Assembly: GCA_051531975.1 (NCBI GenBank)
Contig: JAOPTT010000008.1
Coordinates: 64,001 to 128,000, forward strand
DNA: 64,000 nucleotides
Direction: 5' to 3'
Source of the DNA: Spirochaetaceae bacterium
Lineage (GTDB): Bacteria; Spirochaetota; Spirochaetia; DSM-2461
Shown here piece after piece: positions 18,178 through 28,437 of the stretch (position 1 is its first letter; every line of letters begins with the position of its first letter). The notes under the pieces are model-generated. The model worked only from the letters and a program-made list of their open reading frames with translations. It was not told where the DNA came from and made no database searches. Made by a program: the position numbers and the translations under genes.

Positions 18178-18761
18178 TTTAATATTTTAATCCCTAATAT
18201 TGAGACATCATCACTATCTTTTGCATATTTATTTAAAATATTTTCAGCTACATCTTTTATAGGATCAAATTTAAGATTTGCTATCTCCGAAAAGTCAAAA
18301 CTTTCTTTTACCCCATCTGAATATGATATAATTAAGTCACCTTCTTTTATTTTATGTTCCCAGATTTTTATTGTTGGTAATCTACAACCTAAAACACCAT
18401 CTTTTGATATTAAAGTACTGTTTTTATCACTTATAATCCGGGTTGTGATATTACCCACTCCTGAATATGTTAATAGACCTGTTTCTTTATTTAAGATACA
18501 AATATCAATAACAATTCCCCTACTCTTTAATAGAACATTATGTAATGATTTTAGTACTCCTGTCAGATCTGTTAATTGGGCTTTATCCAAATAATCTGTT
18601 GCGATTATAGCTGCATCATACGCTTTTTCTCCATGGCCTAAACCATCAATAACGGCAAAAAACAGATGTGAATCCGTCTCTTTTAAAAATACTTGATCCC
18701 CACTTACCATGGAAGATTTCTCATATGGAATTATTCTATAATATGATTCTACTCTTAACAT
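18174..18761 (-). CDS. rsbX: RsbX-like PP2C/SpoIIE phosphatase
   Basis: SGD, AVIDGLGHG, GVGNI, YSDG, DDVS. Confidence 0.8.
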   Translation of the reverse strand: MLRVESYYRIIPYEKSSMVSGDQVFLKETDSHLFFAVIDGLGHGEKAYDAAIIATDYLDKAQLTDLTGVLKSLHNVLLKSRGIVIDICILNKETGLLTYSGVGNITTRIISDKNSTLISKDGVLGCRLPTIKIWEHKIKEGDLIISYSDGVKESFDFSEIANLKFDPIKDVAENILNKYAKDSDDVSILGIKILK

Positions 18762-18762
18762 T

Positions 18763-19161
18763 CTATAACCATTTCCCTACAATTATTGTGGTCCCTATTC
18801 CAACTTTAGATTCAATACTAAAATCGTCCATAATTCTCTTAACACTAGATAGACCAAGCCCTAAACTATTTTTAGTTGTACTATAACCATCTTCCATAAC
18901 TATATCTACATTTCTAATCCCTGGACCAGTATCTTTTGCAATTATTTTAATTCCACTAACTTTGTCTTTAAATGAATTACTTAAATTTATAGTTCCACTT
19001 TTTGTATATCGAATTATATTTGTTGCTAATTCGGATACAGCTGTTGCTATTAACACAGCTGTAACTCCACTAAATCCAAGCTTTTCAGCATAAATTCTAG
19101 TTTCTAAAATAATCTGATATACATTATCAGTTTTTTCAATATTGAAGACTATATCTGGCAT
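18763..19161 (-). CDS. rsbT: RsbT-like switch kinase / anti-sigma regulatory factor
   Basis: IATAVSELATNI, DTGPGI, DGYST..SLGLGL, GTTI. Confidence 0.9.
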   Translation of the reverse strand: MPDIVFNIEKTDNVYQIILETRIYAEKLGFSGVTAVLIATAVSELATNIIRYTKSGTINLSNSFKDKVSGIKIIAKDTGPGIRNVDIVMEDGYSTTKNSLGLGLSSVKRIMDDFSIESKVGIGTTIIVGKWL

Positions 19162-19176
19162 GTATATCTGTCCAAC

Positions 19177-19977
19177 TTACATATCAATTACTTTTAAGTT
19201 TACAAGACTAAAACCTTGAGCTAAAGCATCACTTAAAGTTGATTTAGTAATTATCCCATCCATTTCAACACCTAGTTGAACAATAGTTTGGGCTACCGCA
19301 GGGGAAATTCCTGATATAATACATGTACAACCCATTAATTGTGTAGCTTTAGTTATTTTAATCAGATGATTAGCAACCGCTGTATCTACAGCTAATACTC
19401 CAGAAATATCTAAAATTATTACTTTTGCCGAAGTAGTCACTATTTTTTCAAGCATTTTTTCCATCATGTGTTGTGCTCTATTAGAGTCAATTATTCCAAT
19501 GATAGGTAAGATAACAATACCATCCCATAATTTTATTGTTGGAGTTGATATTTCCTGAATAGTTTTTGATTGTTCTTTAAGTTTATCTTCATGTTTAATC
19601 TGATCTGTAATATCTAAAATATACTCTAAACCACCTATAATTTCACCACTGTCATCTTTTAATGGAACTGCAAAATATTCTATTGGAACCTTTTGACCAT
19701 CTAGAGTAATTTCATTTCTTGCAGTACATTTTTCACCTGTATTTATGGCCATTTTCATTCGGCAATCAGGAGTATTACAATGCCTTGAACAAAATAGATC
19801 TGCGCATATTTCTCCTGTTACTGTATCCATGTCTTTACCAAGCATAGTTAAAGCTGCTTGGTTCATGTAAAAAACTTCTAATTCCCTAGTTACTGCCATT
19901 ACAGGTGTAGGTATTTGATCTAATATTTGTGTCGATAATTTATCACTCATTGTTTTTAATTCTTTTTTAGTTTTCAT
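19177..19977 (-). CDS. rsbR: RsbR-like PAS-STAS stressosome sensor
   Basis: PAS with a Cys cluster (CADLFCSRHCNTPDC), then ISTPTIKLWDG, IDSNRA, VDTAVA, GISPAVAQTIV. Confidence 0.85.
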   Translation of the reverse strand: MKTKKELKTMSDKLSTQILDQIPTPVMAVTRELEVFYMNQAALTMLGKDMDTVTGEICADLFCSRHCNTPDCRMKMAINTGEKCTARNEITLDGQKVPIEYFAVPLKDDSGEIIGGLEYILDITDQIKHEDKLKEQSKTIQEISTPTIKLWDGIVILPIIGIIDSNRAQHMMEKMLEKIVTTSAKVIILDISGVLAVDTAVANHLIKITKATQLMGCTCIISGISPAVAQTIVQLGVEMDGIITKSTLSDALAQGFSLVNLKVIDM

Positions 19978-20051
19978 TGTAAAACTCCTAGATATTATTA
20001 TATATAATAACGGAAAATGTGGAAATTTACTAATTAATTTCGTTAATTTAC

Positions 20052-20081
20052 AAAAAAAAAGAGGATAATGAATATCCTCTT
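20052..20081 (-). terminator. Rho-independent terminator after tyrS
   Basis: AAGAGGATA-N5-TATCCTCTT, followed on the minus strand by a T-run. Confidence 0.75.
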
Positions 20082-20099
20082 CTGTAGATGAACTTTAAT

Positions 20100-21332
20100 T
20101 TATTTTAGTATAACTCTAAAAAATCTCTTTTTACCTGCTTTTAATATAATATCACTATCTTCAGTTTTATCAGAAACAGTTATTAAAGCCTTAGGATCAC
20201 TATTTTTTTCGCCATTAACAGCAGCTCCATTTTGAGTTACAAGACGTCTTGCATCACTTTTACTTCCACATAATCCAGTATCAGTAAAAAGATCAACAAT
20301 ATTAAAGCCCTCTTCAAACTGAGATTTAGAATATTCTTTTGAAGGCATTCCAGTTTTATCTGCTGTACCACCAGATGTAAAAGCTGCTTTTGCAGCATCT
20401 CTTGCTTTATTAGCTTCGACCTCACCGTGGATAATTTTTGTTAATTCATATGCTAAAACTTCTTTTGAAGCGTTTATCTCTGCTCCAGGAGCATTTCCTA
20501 ATCGATCACACTCTTCTACAGGTAAAAATGTATATATCTTTAGAAACTTACCAACATCGGAATCGGTAACATTTCTCCAATACTGGAAAAACTCGTAAAC
20601 TGGAGTTAATGCTGGATCTAGGAACACTGCACCTTTCTCTGTTTTACCCATTTTTTTACCATCGGATCTTGTAACTAAAGGAAACGTTAAACCAACTGTT
20701 TCATTTCCTTCAACACGTCTTATTAAATCCATACCTGCAACAATATTACCCCACTGATCATCTCCACCAATTTGAAGTGTACAACCATATGTTCTATTTA
20801 ATTCTAAAAAGTCGTAGGATTGCAATAACTGATAGTTAAATTCAATAAAACTAAGTCCTGTTTCTAGTCTCTTTTTATATGTTTCAAAAGTTAACATTCT
20901 GTTTACACTAAAATGTCGACCAATATCTCTTAAGAACTCAATATAGTTTAAACCGGTTAACCAGTCTGCATTATCAAGTAACAGAGCTTTATCATCATCA
21001 AACTCAACAAAGTTTGCAATCTGACGTTTTAGAGATTCAGCATTCTCTTTAATCTTATCAACAGTTAACATCTGTCTCATCTCTGACTTACCAGATGGAT
21101 CACCGATTCTTGCAGTTCCACCACCAACTAAGGCAACAGGTCTATGTCCAGCTTGCTGCATGTGGTACATAGCGTATAAAGGAACTAAATGCCCACAATG
21201 AAGTGATGGCCCAGTTGGGTCAAAACCACAGTAAAACCGTACACTTTCTTCTTCTAGCTTTTTAGATAAAAGTTCTTCGTTTGTACACTGTTTAAAAAAG
21301 CCTCTAGCTTTTAATAAATCTAGTATTGCCAT
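20100..21332 (-). CDS. tyrS: Tyrosine--tRNA ligase
   Basis: GFDPT..HCGH, QIGGDDQWGNI, KMGKT, C-terminal S4 domain. Confidence 0.97.
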   Translation of the reverse strand: MAILDLLKARGFFKQCTNEELLSKKLEEESVRFYCGFDPTGPSLHCGHLVPLYAMYHMQQAGHRPVALVGGGTARIGDPSGKSEMRQMLTVDKIKENAESLKRQIANFVEFDDDKALLLDNADWLTGLNYIEFLRDIGRHFSVNRMLTFETYKKRLETGLSFIEFNYQLLQSYDFLELNRTYGCTLQIGGDDQWGNIVAGMDLIRRVEGNETVGLTFPLVTRSDGKKMGKTEKGAVFLDPALTPVYEFFQYWRNVTDSDVGKFLKIYTFLPVEECDRLGNAPGAEINASKEVLAYELTKIIHGEVEANKARDAAKAAFTSGGTADKTGMPSKEYSKSQFEEGFNIVDLFTDTGLCGSKSDARRLVTQNGAAVNGEKNSDPKALITVSDKTEDSDIILKAGKKRFFRVILK

Positions 21333-22732
21333 TATTTCTTCTCTACCCTTTTGTAATTTTTCATTTCTAATTTAATTCTAGCAGCTAGTTCTGATCTTTT
21401 AACTCTAACTTGCTCCATAGTATCTCTAAATCTTAATGTAACTGAGTCATCCTCTTTAGAGTCATAATCAACAGTTATACAAAATGGAGTACCAACTTCA
21501 TCCATTCTTCGATATCTTTTACCAATAGCTCCAGATTGATCAAAAAATGTTACATAGTCTTCTCTAAGTTCTTTTTCGATATCTTTTGCTAGTTCAGCGA
21601 TTCCATCTTTTTTAACTAAAGGAAGAACAGCAACTTTGATTGGTGCAACATCTGGGTGAAAGTGAAGTACAGTTCTAACATCAGGTTTCCCTTTTTTGTC
21701 TTCACCTAATAATTCCTCATCGTAGGCATCAGTTAAAGCTATTAAAACAGACCGTGTTAAACCAGCTGAAGTTTCAATAACATATGGGATATACCACTCG
21801 TTAGTTTCCTGGTCTAAGTAGTTAATCTCTTTACCACAAAACTTTGAGTGTTGGGTTAAGTCGTAGTCAGTTCTTGAGTGGATGCCCTCAAGTTCTTCCC
21901 AACCAAATGGGAATTTATACTCTATATCAAATGCATCTTTTGCATAAAATGCTAATTCACCTTCGCCATGTCTATGAAATTGTAAATGGGATGGTCTAAC
22001 ACCTAATTTTTCTGTGTAGTAAGCTTTTCTAGCTTCCATCCAATATTCAAACCACTTATCGTCTGTACCTGGTTTTACAAAAAATTGCATCTCCATCTGT
22101 TCAAACTCACAGGTTCTAAATATAAAGTTCTTAGTAGTAATCTCATTTCTAAATGCTTTTCCAACCTGGGCAATACCAAATGGTATTTTAACTCTAGAAG
22201 TATCAACAACATTTTTAAAGTTAACAAAAATACCCTGAGCTGTTTCAGGTCTTAAATATACCTTCATAGAAGAATCTTCTACAGCACCCATCTGAGTTGA
22301 GAACATTAAGTTAAAGTTTCTAGGATCTGTTAACTCTCCACCACACTCTGGACACTCTTTGCTATCAATATATTTTTGTTCAAGTTTATCTTCTCTAAAT
22401 CTTGTTTTACACTTTTTACAATCAACTAAAGGGTCAGAAAAGTTAGCTACATGACCTGAAGCTTCCCAAGTTTTAGGGTGCATCATAATTGCAGCATCTA
22501 AACCAACTATATTCTCTTGGCTTCTAGTCATCTCTTTCCACCAAATTTCCTGAATATTCTTTTTAAGTTCAACACCTAATGGACCATAATCCCAAGTTGC
22601 TGATAGTCCACCGTAAATCTCTGATGATGGGAAAACAAAACCCCGTCTTTTACATAGAGATACAAGTTTCTCCATTGATACTCCAGATTCATCTGTCATA
22701 TTATTTGCTGTAATTTTTTTACTCTTAGCCAT
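21332..22732 (-). CDS. glyQS: Glycine--tRNA ligase (alpha2 type)
   Basis: LRPETAQGIF, FRNEIT, EFEQME, IGKRYRR. Confidence 0.96.
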   Translation of the reverse strand: MAKSKKITANNMTDESGVSMEKLVSLCKRRGFVFPSSEIYGGLSATWDYGPLGVELKKNIQEIWWKEMTRSQENIVGLDAAIMMHPKTWEASGHVANFSDPLVDCKKCKTRFREDKLEQKYIDSKECPECGGELTDPRNFNLMFSTQMGAVEDSSMKVYLRPETAQGIFVNFKNVVDTSRVKIPFGIAQVGKAFRNEITTKNFIFRTCEFEQMEMQFFVKPGTDDKWFEYWMEARKAYYTEKLGVRPSHLQFHRHGEGELAFYAKDAFDIEYKFPFGWEELEGIHSRTDYDLTQHSKFCGKEINYLDQETNEWYIPYVIETSAGLTRSVLIALTDAYDEELLGEDKKGKPDVRTVLHFHPDVAPIKVAVLPLVKKDGIAELAKDIEKELREDYVTFFDQSGAIGKRYRRMDEVGTPFCITVDYDSKEDDSVTLRFRDTMEQVRVKRSELAARIKLEMKNYKRVEKK

Positions 22733-22788
22733 ATTTCTTCCTTTCTATTAGTTAGTGCTCTTAGAAAATCAACCATTCAGGTTAATTT

Positions 22789-24252
22789 TTAACTAAGAGC
22801 ATCTAGGGTATTTTTAACCCTTTCTATTGCTCTATCTTTACCAATTAGTCCAATGGACTCAAAAAGTGGTGGTGATGTTTTAGTTCCAGTTACTGCAACC
22901 CTTAAAGGCATAAATAGTTGCCCTACTTTAACTTCTAAGGTATTACATAGCTCTTTAAAAATAACTTCATTTTCTTCGTTTGTATGGTTATTATAATCTT
23001 CTAATAACGGAATTGTTGCTTCTAAAACTCTAGAAACATCATTTTTCTCCATTTTTTTAGGGATTAATATATCCATATCGTAGGATTCAACCTCGTTAAA
23101 CAGGAAGTTTATGCAATCTACAATATCTGTAGTTAAAGTTAATCTCTCTCTAAATATAGGCATCGCATTTATAAAGATCTTTTTTTCATCTACTGTTATT
23201 GGTTTTGATACAACTTTAGCATTTTCAAGAATAGGTATTAAAAGTGCCTCTAATTTTGTGTCTTCTAATTTTCTTAAATACTGGCCATTAAACCAATCTA
23301 ATTTTTTATAATCAAATGTTCCTGCAGATTTGTTAATCTTATCTAAAGTAAAAACTTCTTCAAATTCCTCTTTAGTAAAAAATTCTCTTTTGTCATCAAA
23401 TGCCCAACCAACCATTGTTACATAGTTAATCAGACCTTCAGGTATATAACCACCATCTCTAAACTGAATTAAAGAAGTTGCTCCATGTCTTTTAGAAAGT
23501 TTTTTACCATCTTTACCTATAACCATAGGTAAGTGGGCATATTGGGGAGGAGTCCAACCAAATGCTTCGTATAACATTTTATGAACCGGAGCAGATGGTA
23601 TCCACTCTTGAGCTCTTAATATATGTGTTATTTCCATAAAATGGTCATCTATAACATTAGCTAAATGGTATGTAGGAAATCCATCGGCTTTCATCAAAAT
23701 AGGATCAACCATTACATCTCTGTTTTTTCTTGTTATTTTACCCATTACAATGTCTTCAAAGCTGGTTTTACCCTCTATTGGAACTATTAACCTTAATACT
23801 GGTTTTACTCCACTATCGATTAGTCCTTGCTTCTCTTCTTCTGTTATACTTTGACACTTTCTATCATACCCTGGGTCAAGTTTATTAGCTTGTTGGTATT
23901 CTCTTAGATCGTTTAATCTCTGTTCAGTACAATAACAGTAATATGCTTTTCCACTATCTACTAACTTCCCAGCATACTCTCTGTAAAGTTCTGTTCTTTC
24001 TGACTGAACATATGGACCAAAATCTCCACCTTTAACAGGGCTTTCATCGAATTCAATGCCTAACCATCTGAATGTTTCATATAGGTCGTCTAGAGCCTCG
24101 TCTGAATATCTGTTTCTATCAGTGTCTTCTACCCTTAAGATAAAATCTCCACCATTAGCTTTTGCAAAAAAATAGTTGAATAATGCTGTTCTAACACCAC
24201 CTATATGTTGTAACCCTGTTGGGGATGGTGCGTAACGAACTCTTACTTTCAT
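22789..24252 (-). CDS. gltX: Glutamate--tRNA ligase
   Basis: RYAPSPTG..HIGG, KLSKRHG. Confidence 0.97.
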   Translation of the reverse strand: MKVRVRYAPSPTGLQHIGGVRTALFNYFFAKANGGDFILRVEDTDRNRYSDEALDDLYETFRWLGIEFDESPVKGGDFGPYVQSERTELYREYAGKLVDSGKAYYCYCTEQRLNDLREYQQANKLDPGYDRKCQSITEEEKQGLIDSGVKPVLRLIVPIEGKTSFEDIVMGKITRKNRDVMVDPILMKADGFPTYHLANVIDDHFMEITHILRAQEWIPSAPVHKMLYEAFGWTPPQYAHLPMVIGKDGKKLSKRHGATSLIQFRDGGYIPEGLINYVTMVGWAFDDKREFFTKEEFEEVFTLDKINKSAGTFDYKKLDWFNGQYLRKLEDTKLEALLIPILENAKVVSKPITVDEKKIFINAMPIFRERLTLTTDIVDCINFLFNEVESYDMDILIPKKMEKNDVSRVLEATIPLLEDYNNHTNEENEVIFKELCNTLEVKVGQLFMPLRVAVTGTKTSPPLFESIGLIGKDRAIERVKNTLDALS

Positions 24253-24322
24253 AGGATACCTCGTCCTTGTTTATTGTATTGAATGGTATTATATATAAAA
24301 ACCTCTGTCTCTAACAAGATGT

Positions 24323-25558
24323 TTATGCTTTTGACTGCTTTAAAACCATCTGTTTTCTTCTACTTAAATAACTCTCTATTCGATCTAGTGCTTCTTTTAA
24401 AAGTTTTGTATCAGCTAAAAATATAATTCTAAAGTGATCCGGTGTTTTCAAATTAAAACCAGAGCCTTGAACTAAAAGAACTTTTGTCTCTAATAACAGA
24501 TCTTTAATAAATTCACTATCATTAGTTATACCATACATCTTTATATCAATTTTAGGAAAACAATAGAGGGCTGCTTCTGGTTTAGTACAAGTTATACCAG
24601 GAATATTAATAAGTCTTTCGTAACAGTAGTTCATAGATTCATATAACCTACCACCCTTTTCTATAAGCTCATTTATTGATTGATAACCACCCAAGGCTGT
24701 CTGAATAGCCAATTGCCCTGGGACATTAGAACATAATCTCATATTAGATAACATTAAAATTCCCTCTATATAATCTTTAGCAATTTGTCTGTTACCTGAT
24801 AAAATCATCCACCCAGATCTATATCCAGCAGCTCTATAGGATTTTGATAAACCATTAAAAGTTACAAAAAAGATATCATCAGCTAAACTTGCTATAGAAG
24901 TATGTTTACCACCATATGTAATTTTATCATAAATTTCATCCGCATATATAATCAAAGAATGTTCCCGGGCAATTTTAATTATTCCCTCTAAGATCTCTAA
25001 TGGATACAAACTTCCTGTAGGATTATTAGGATTAATAACAACAATAGCTTTTGTTGTTTTAGTAATTTTAGATTCAATATCAGCTAAATTAGGGTTCCAG
25101 TTATTTTCTTCATCACATTTATAGTGAATTGCCTTACCACCTGATAAAGTTGCTGAAGCTGTCCATAATGGATAATCTGGCTCTGGAATTAGTATTTCAT
25201 CTCCATCATTTAATAAAGCTTGCATAGATATACCAATAAGTTCACTGACTCCGTTACCAATAAATATATCTTCTACATCAACATTTTTAATAAAATTTTT
25301 CTGACATTCATGCATTATTGCTTTTCTTGCAGCAAAAAGACCATTTGATGCACAATAACCATCAGCTTCTGAAAAGTTTCTAATTACATCCCTTGTTATC
25401 TCTTCTGGAGTTTCTAAACCAAAAGGTGCAGGATTACCAATATTTAGCTTAATTAGTCTATAACCCTCTTCTTCTAGACGTTTCGCTTCTTCGTATATTG
25501 GTCCTCTAATGTCATAACAGACATTTTTTAGCTTATTTGATTTAGTAATTTTATACAT
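24323..25558 (-). CDS. alaA: Glutamate-pyruvate (alanine) aminotransferase, class I
   Basis: YDIRGP, LNIGNPAPFG, NPNNPTG, DEIYD, GLSKSYR. Confidence 0.9.
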   Translation of the reverse strand: MYKITKSNKLKNVCYDIRGPIYEEAKRLEEEGYRLIKLNIGNPAPFGLETPEEITRDVIRNFSEADGYCASNGLFAARKAIMHECQKNFIKNVDVEDIFIGNGVSELIGISMQALLNDGDEILIPEPDYPLWTASATLSGGKAIHYKCDEENNWNPNLADIESKITKTTKAIVVINPNNPTGSLYPLEILEGIIKIAREHSLIIYADEIYDKITYGGKHTSIASLADDIFFVTFNGLSKSYRAAGYRSGWMILSGNRQIAKDYIEGILMLSNMRLCSNVPGQLAIQTALGGYQSINELIEKGGRLYESMNYCYERLINIPGITCTKPEAALYCFPKIDIKMYGITNDSEFIKDLLLETKVLLVQGSGFNLKTPDHFRIIFLADTKLLKEALDRIESYLSRRKQMVLKQSKA

Positions 25559-25681
25559 AATTTATCCCTTTCTTCACTAATTACAGAACAATACTATAAA
25601 ATGTTGCAATAATGTGCAAATATATATTAAAGTTATTATTATATAATTCCGTAAAATATAGTTAAGGAGAAGTGTAGAACT

Positions 25682-26845
25682 GTGATAAAAACGCCAATTG
25701 GCCAATTAAAAATAGATCATTATTATAATGTTGACCTATATCTAGATAAAAACTTTCTCCTTTTACCTGTAGATATTCAATATACAAAAGATATTGCAGA
25801 CAATCTAAAAAGATGGAGTATAACACATATATTATCTAACGATGAACTTCAAGAAATTGCAGAAGAGGATCGTGTAGCACCTTTATCATCAACATCATCT
25901 ATTACAGCAGGGGTTGAAGAACATCAAGGAAAACAACATGCAGAAGAGTTCTACATGAAATGTTTAGAATTTGTAAATGTTCTATTTAAAGATTTTAAAA
26001 ACAATGAAAAACTTAATCTTAATAATGTAAGTGACAAAATTAAAGAGATTATTAAAGAAGTAAAAGAACACCCTCTTTATATATTAAGATTTGCAAGTCT
26101 TCCAAGTTTTGAACATGATTATATGGTTACACACGCTACAAAAACTACAATGTTAAGTATTGCTATTGGTGATAAATTAAAACTCCCACAACATAAACTT
26201 GTAGAACTTGGAATATCATGTCTATTCCATGAGATAGGTTTATTAAAATTACCAGAAAGATTATATAATGGTGCGGGAAAAATTACAGATGAGGAAAAAC
26301 AAGCCTTATCAACACACACAATACTGAGTTTTAGAATTTTAAAACAATTAAATGTATCAAGAGATGTATTATTAGGTGTTTTAGAACACCATGAAAGAGA
26401 AAATGCCTCAGGTTATCCTCAGAAACTTCCAGGTGAAAAGATTTCTCTATTTGGTAAAATAATTTCTATAGCTTGTTCATTCGATGCACAAATATCTGAT
26501 AGACCATTTAGAAATGGAAAAGATGCACACTCAAGTTTATTAAACATGATGCAGCAGATTGGAACTTTATATAACGATAAACTGATAAAAGGCTTAGTTG
26601 GCCTTTTAACAATATACCCTCTTGGATGTTATATTCAGATGGAAAATGGCTCAATTGCTAGATCCATTGGTTATAACCCAGAAAATCCAACTTTTCCTAT
26701 TATGCAACAAATAACCACGACTTCGGATAGTATTCTTGCCGAAAGACCTATTATCAATCTTTCTGAAGAGAATAGTTCTCTAGTCAAAAAAGTACTTTCT
26801 ATAGCTGAAGCTAGGATGTTTGAGGAAAAACATAAAGTCAGTTGA
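25682..26845 (+). CDS. HD-GYP domain protein (PdeB-like c-di-GMP phosphodiesterase or effector)
   Basis: LFHEIG, HHERENASGYP, YPLG. The HD motif reads HE. Confidence 0.85.
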   Translation: MIKTPIGQLKIDHYYNVDLYLDKNFLLLPVDIQYTKDIADNLKRWSITHILSNDELQEIAEEDRVAPLSSTSSITAGVEEHQGKQHAEEFYMKCLEFVNVLFKDFKNNEKLNLNNVSDKIKEIIKEVKEHPLYILRFASLPSFEHDYMVTHATKTTMLSIAIGDKLKLPQHKLVELGISCLFHEIGLLKLPERLYNGAGKITDEEKQALSTHTILSFRILKQLNVSRDVLLGVLEHHERENASGYPQKLPGEKISLFGKIISIACSFDAQISDRPFRNGKDAHSSLLNMMQQIGTLYNDKLIKGLVGLLTIYPLGCYIQMENGSIARSIGYNPENPTFPIMQQITTTSDSILAERPIINLSEENSSLVKKVLSIAEARMFEEKHKVS

Positions 26846-27825
26846 ATAATTTTAATTTAGCAATTATCACATATTTAGAAGATAAGGATCCTATAACTTT
26901 GGATTCTTTTATATCTTCACCCTCTCAGGTATTGGAATCTCAATATATTTCGAAAGATCATTTTGTTTATTCTGAGGCCATAATAATATTAGATTCTCTA
27001 AATGCATATAATAAAGGTCTTTCAAATTCAGATAATGAAGAAAGATTACTGGAAATAAATGATCAATCTCCATTCTATTCATGGAGATGTGCAACACTGG
27101 CTATAAAAGAGTTTTATAATGGAAATCAATTTCTTGTAAAAGAGTATCTTAATGATATTAGAGTTGAATCTCCTGTTTTGAAGATAAGAGATTTTATACT
27201 ACTAGGCAGAAACCATAGCCTTATAATTCCAGATAAACATCTAAATAGCAGTGTTGATGCATTAAGAGAAGTAATAGATAACTCATTAATTGATATGTAT
27301 GAAGTTACTGTAAAGCTACTTTTGGATGACTTAAAAGGTCTAAATACTACGGATTTACACAATATTTTAATAACAATAATAGAAGAATCTCTAGATATTA
27401 TTCCTCTGACCATGATTCATAAATCTCTTATTAAATCAGTTGAAATGATGGAGACCCTAAGACTTATGGCTTTAGGAACAATATTTAAGCACCCTATTAT
27501 TAGCCTTCAGTATCTTTTTAGTTATATAAGTATTAATAACTTTTCTAGTAATCAGGACCCTAAATTAACTGCTCTACTAATAATTATATCAGATATTTCA
27601 AAAGCACTAAAAATAGAAAAATATAAATTTGTATCTACTAAGTCAAAAAAACAATTTAGCACTAATTCTACTCTTTTTATTCAGGGGTTATCTGAGCTTT
27701 TTATTTTGGATTTTAAAGAGTCAAAAGACCCGCTAACAAACCTAATTAGAGCAATGAAGATTCCAAGCCCTAAAGTGGAAAATATTGAATATTCTAATGA
27801 TATTTTTCAAGGAGAACTATTTTAA
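26842..27825 (+). CDS. Hypothetical helical protein
   Basis: 327-aa ORF overlapping the HD-GYP stop; no recognised motif. Confidence 0.7.
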   Translation: MNNFNLAIITYLEDKDPITLDSFISSPSQVLESQYISKDHFVYSEAIIILDSLNAYNKGLSNSDNEERLLEINDQSPFYSWRCATLAIKEFYNGNQFLVKEYLNDIRVESPVLKIRDFILLGRNHSLIIPDKHLNSSVDALREVIDNSLIDMYEVTVKLLLDDLKGLNTTDLHNILITIIEESLDIIPLTMIHKSLIKSVEMMETLRLMALGTIFKHPIISLQYLFSYISINNFSSNQDPKLTALLIIISDISKALKIEKYKFVSTKSKKQFSTNSTLFIQGLSELFILDFKESKDPLTNLIRAMKIPSPKVENIEYSNDIFQGELF

Positions 27826-28154
27826 TGAAAAATATAACTGATACAATTTTTGATGAACTAAATATATTATTAAATCCATATAATGAACTTAAAATTTTAG
27901 AAAATAGTGATGATCAGACAATAAAAGAGGCATACAAACTATTAAAACAGGGGCAGTCCCCAGAGAAAATTGAACTTTTAACAATCTGTTACAATTTAAT
28001 AAAAACAGAATCTCTTAGAGTTAGATATAGTTTATTAAATAATAGACCACTACAAAAATTAGATGACATTAAAAAAATCGGTTTTAAGCCTAAGCAGATG
28101 GAAACAACAGATTGGATATCAATTATTAATGATGATCCTCTACATGAACTCTAG
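27825..28154 (+). CDS. Small J-domain-like protein lacking HPD
   Basis: NPYNELKI...IKEAYKLL...SPEK...YNLIK..RVRY follows the J-domain pattern. Confidence 0.55.
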   Translation: MKNITDTIFDELNILLNPYNELKILENSDDQTIKEAYKLLKQGQSPEKIELLTICYNLIKTESLRVRYSLLNNRPLQKLDDIKKIGFKPKQMETTDWISIINDDPLHEL

Positions 28155-28437
28155 CGACCTCTAAAACCTGTATTAAACATGGATCTTCAAGTTTATAAAA
28201 TACATTTTTACCAACTTGTCTTCTAGTTACGATTTTTTTATCTTTTAATACTCTTAAATGATGGCTAATTGCAGGCATACTCATATTTAACAGTTCTGAT
28301 AACTCTAATACGCCAACTTCGGATTTTAATAAATAATACATAATTTTTAATCTAGTAGGATTACCCATAACTTCTAAATGTGAGGATACATTTTCTATAG
28401 TTTTATCTGATGGTATATCTAGATCATTTTCTACCAT
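28126..28437 (-). CDS. ArsR/SmtB-family regulator
   Basis: NPTRLKI, VLELS..MSMPAISHHLRVLK, GKNVFYKL, C-terminal HVEDHH. Confidence 0.9.
   Translation of the reverse strand: MVENDLDIPSDKTIENVSSHLEVMGNPTRLKIMYYLLKSEVGVLELSELLNMSMPAISHHLRVLKDKKIVTRRQVGKNVFYKLEDPCLIQVLEVARVHVEDHH

Noticed and set aside
21332..22732. Eukaryote/archaeal-type GlyRS (and type-2 cmk) as evidence of recent gene transfer
   Set aside because: Both forms are usual in spirochaetes and sit in conserved housekeeping order.
20100..24322. T-box or other leader RNAs for the tRNA-synthetase genes (also valS, cysS)
   Set aside because: Upstream gaps are only about 35-70 nt and contain no T-box motif.
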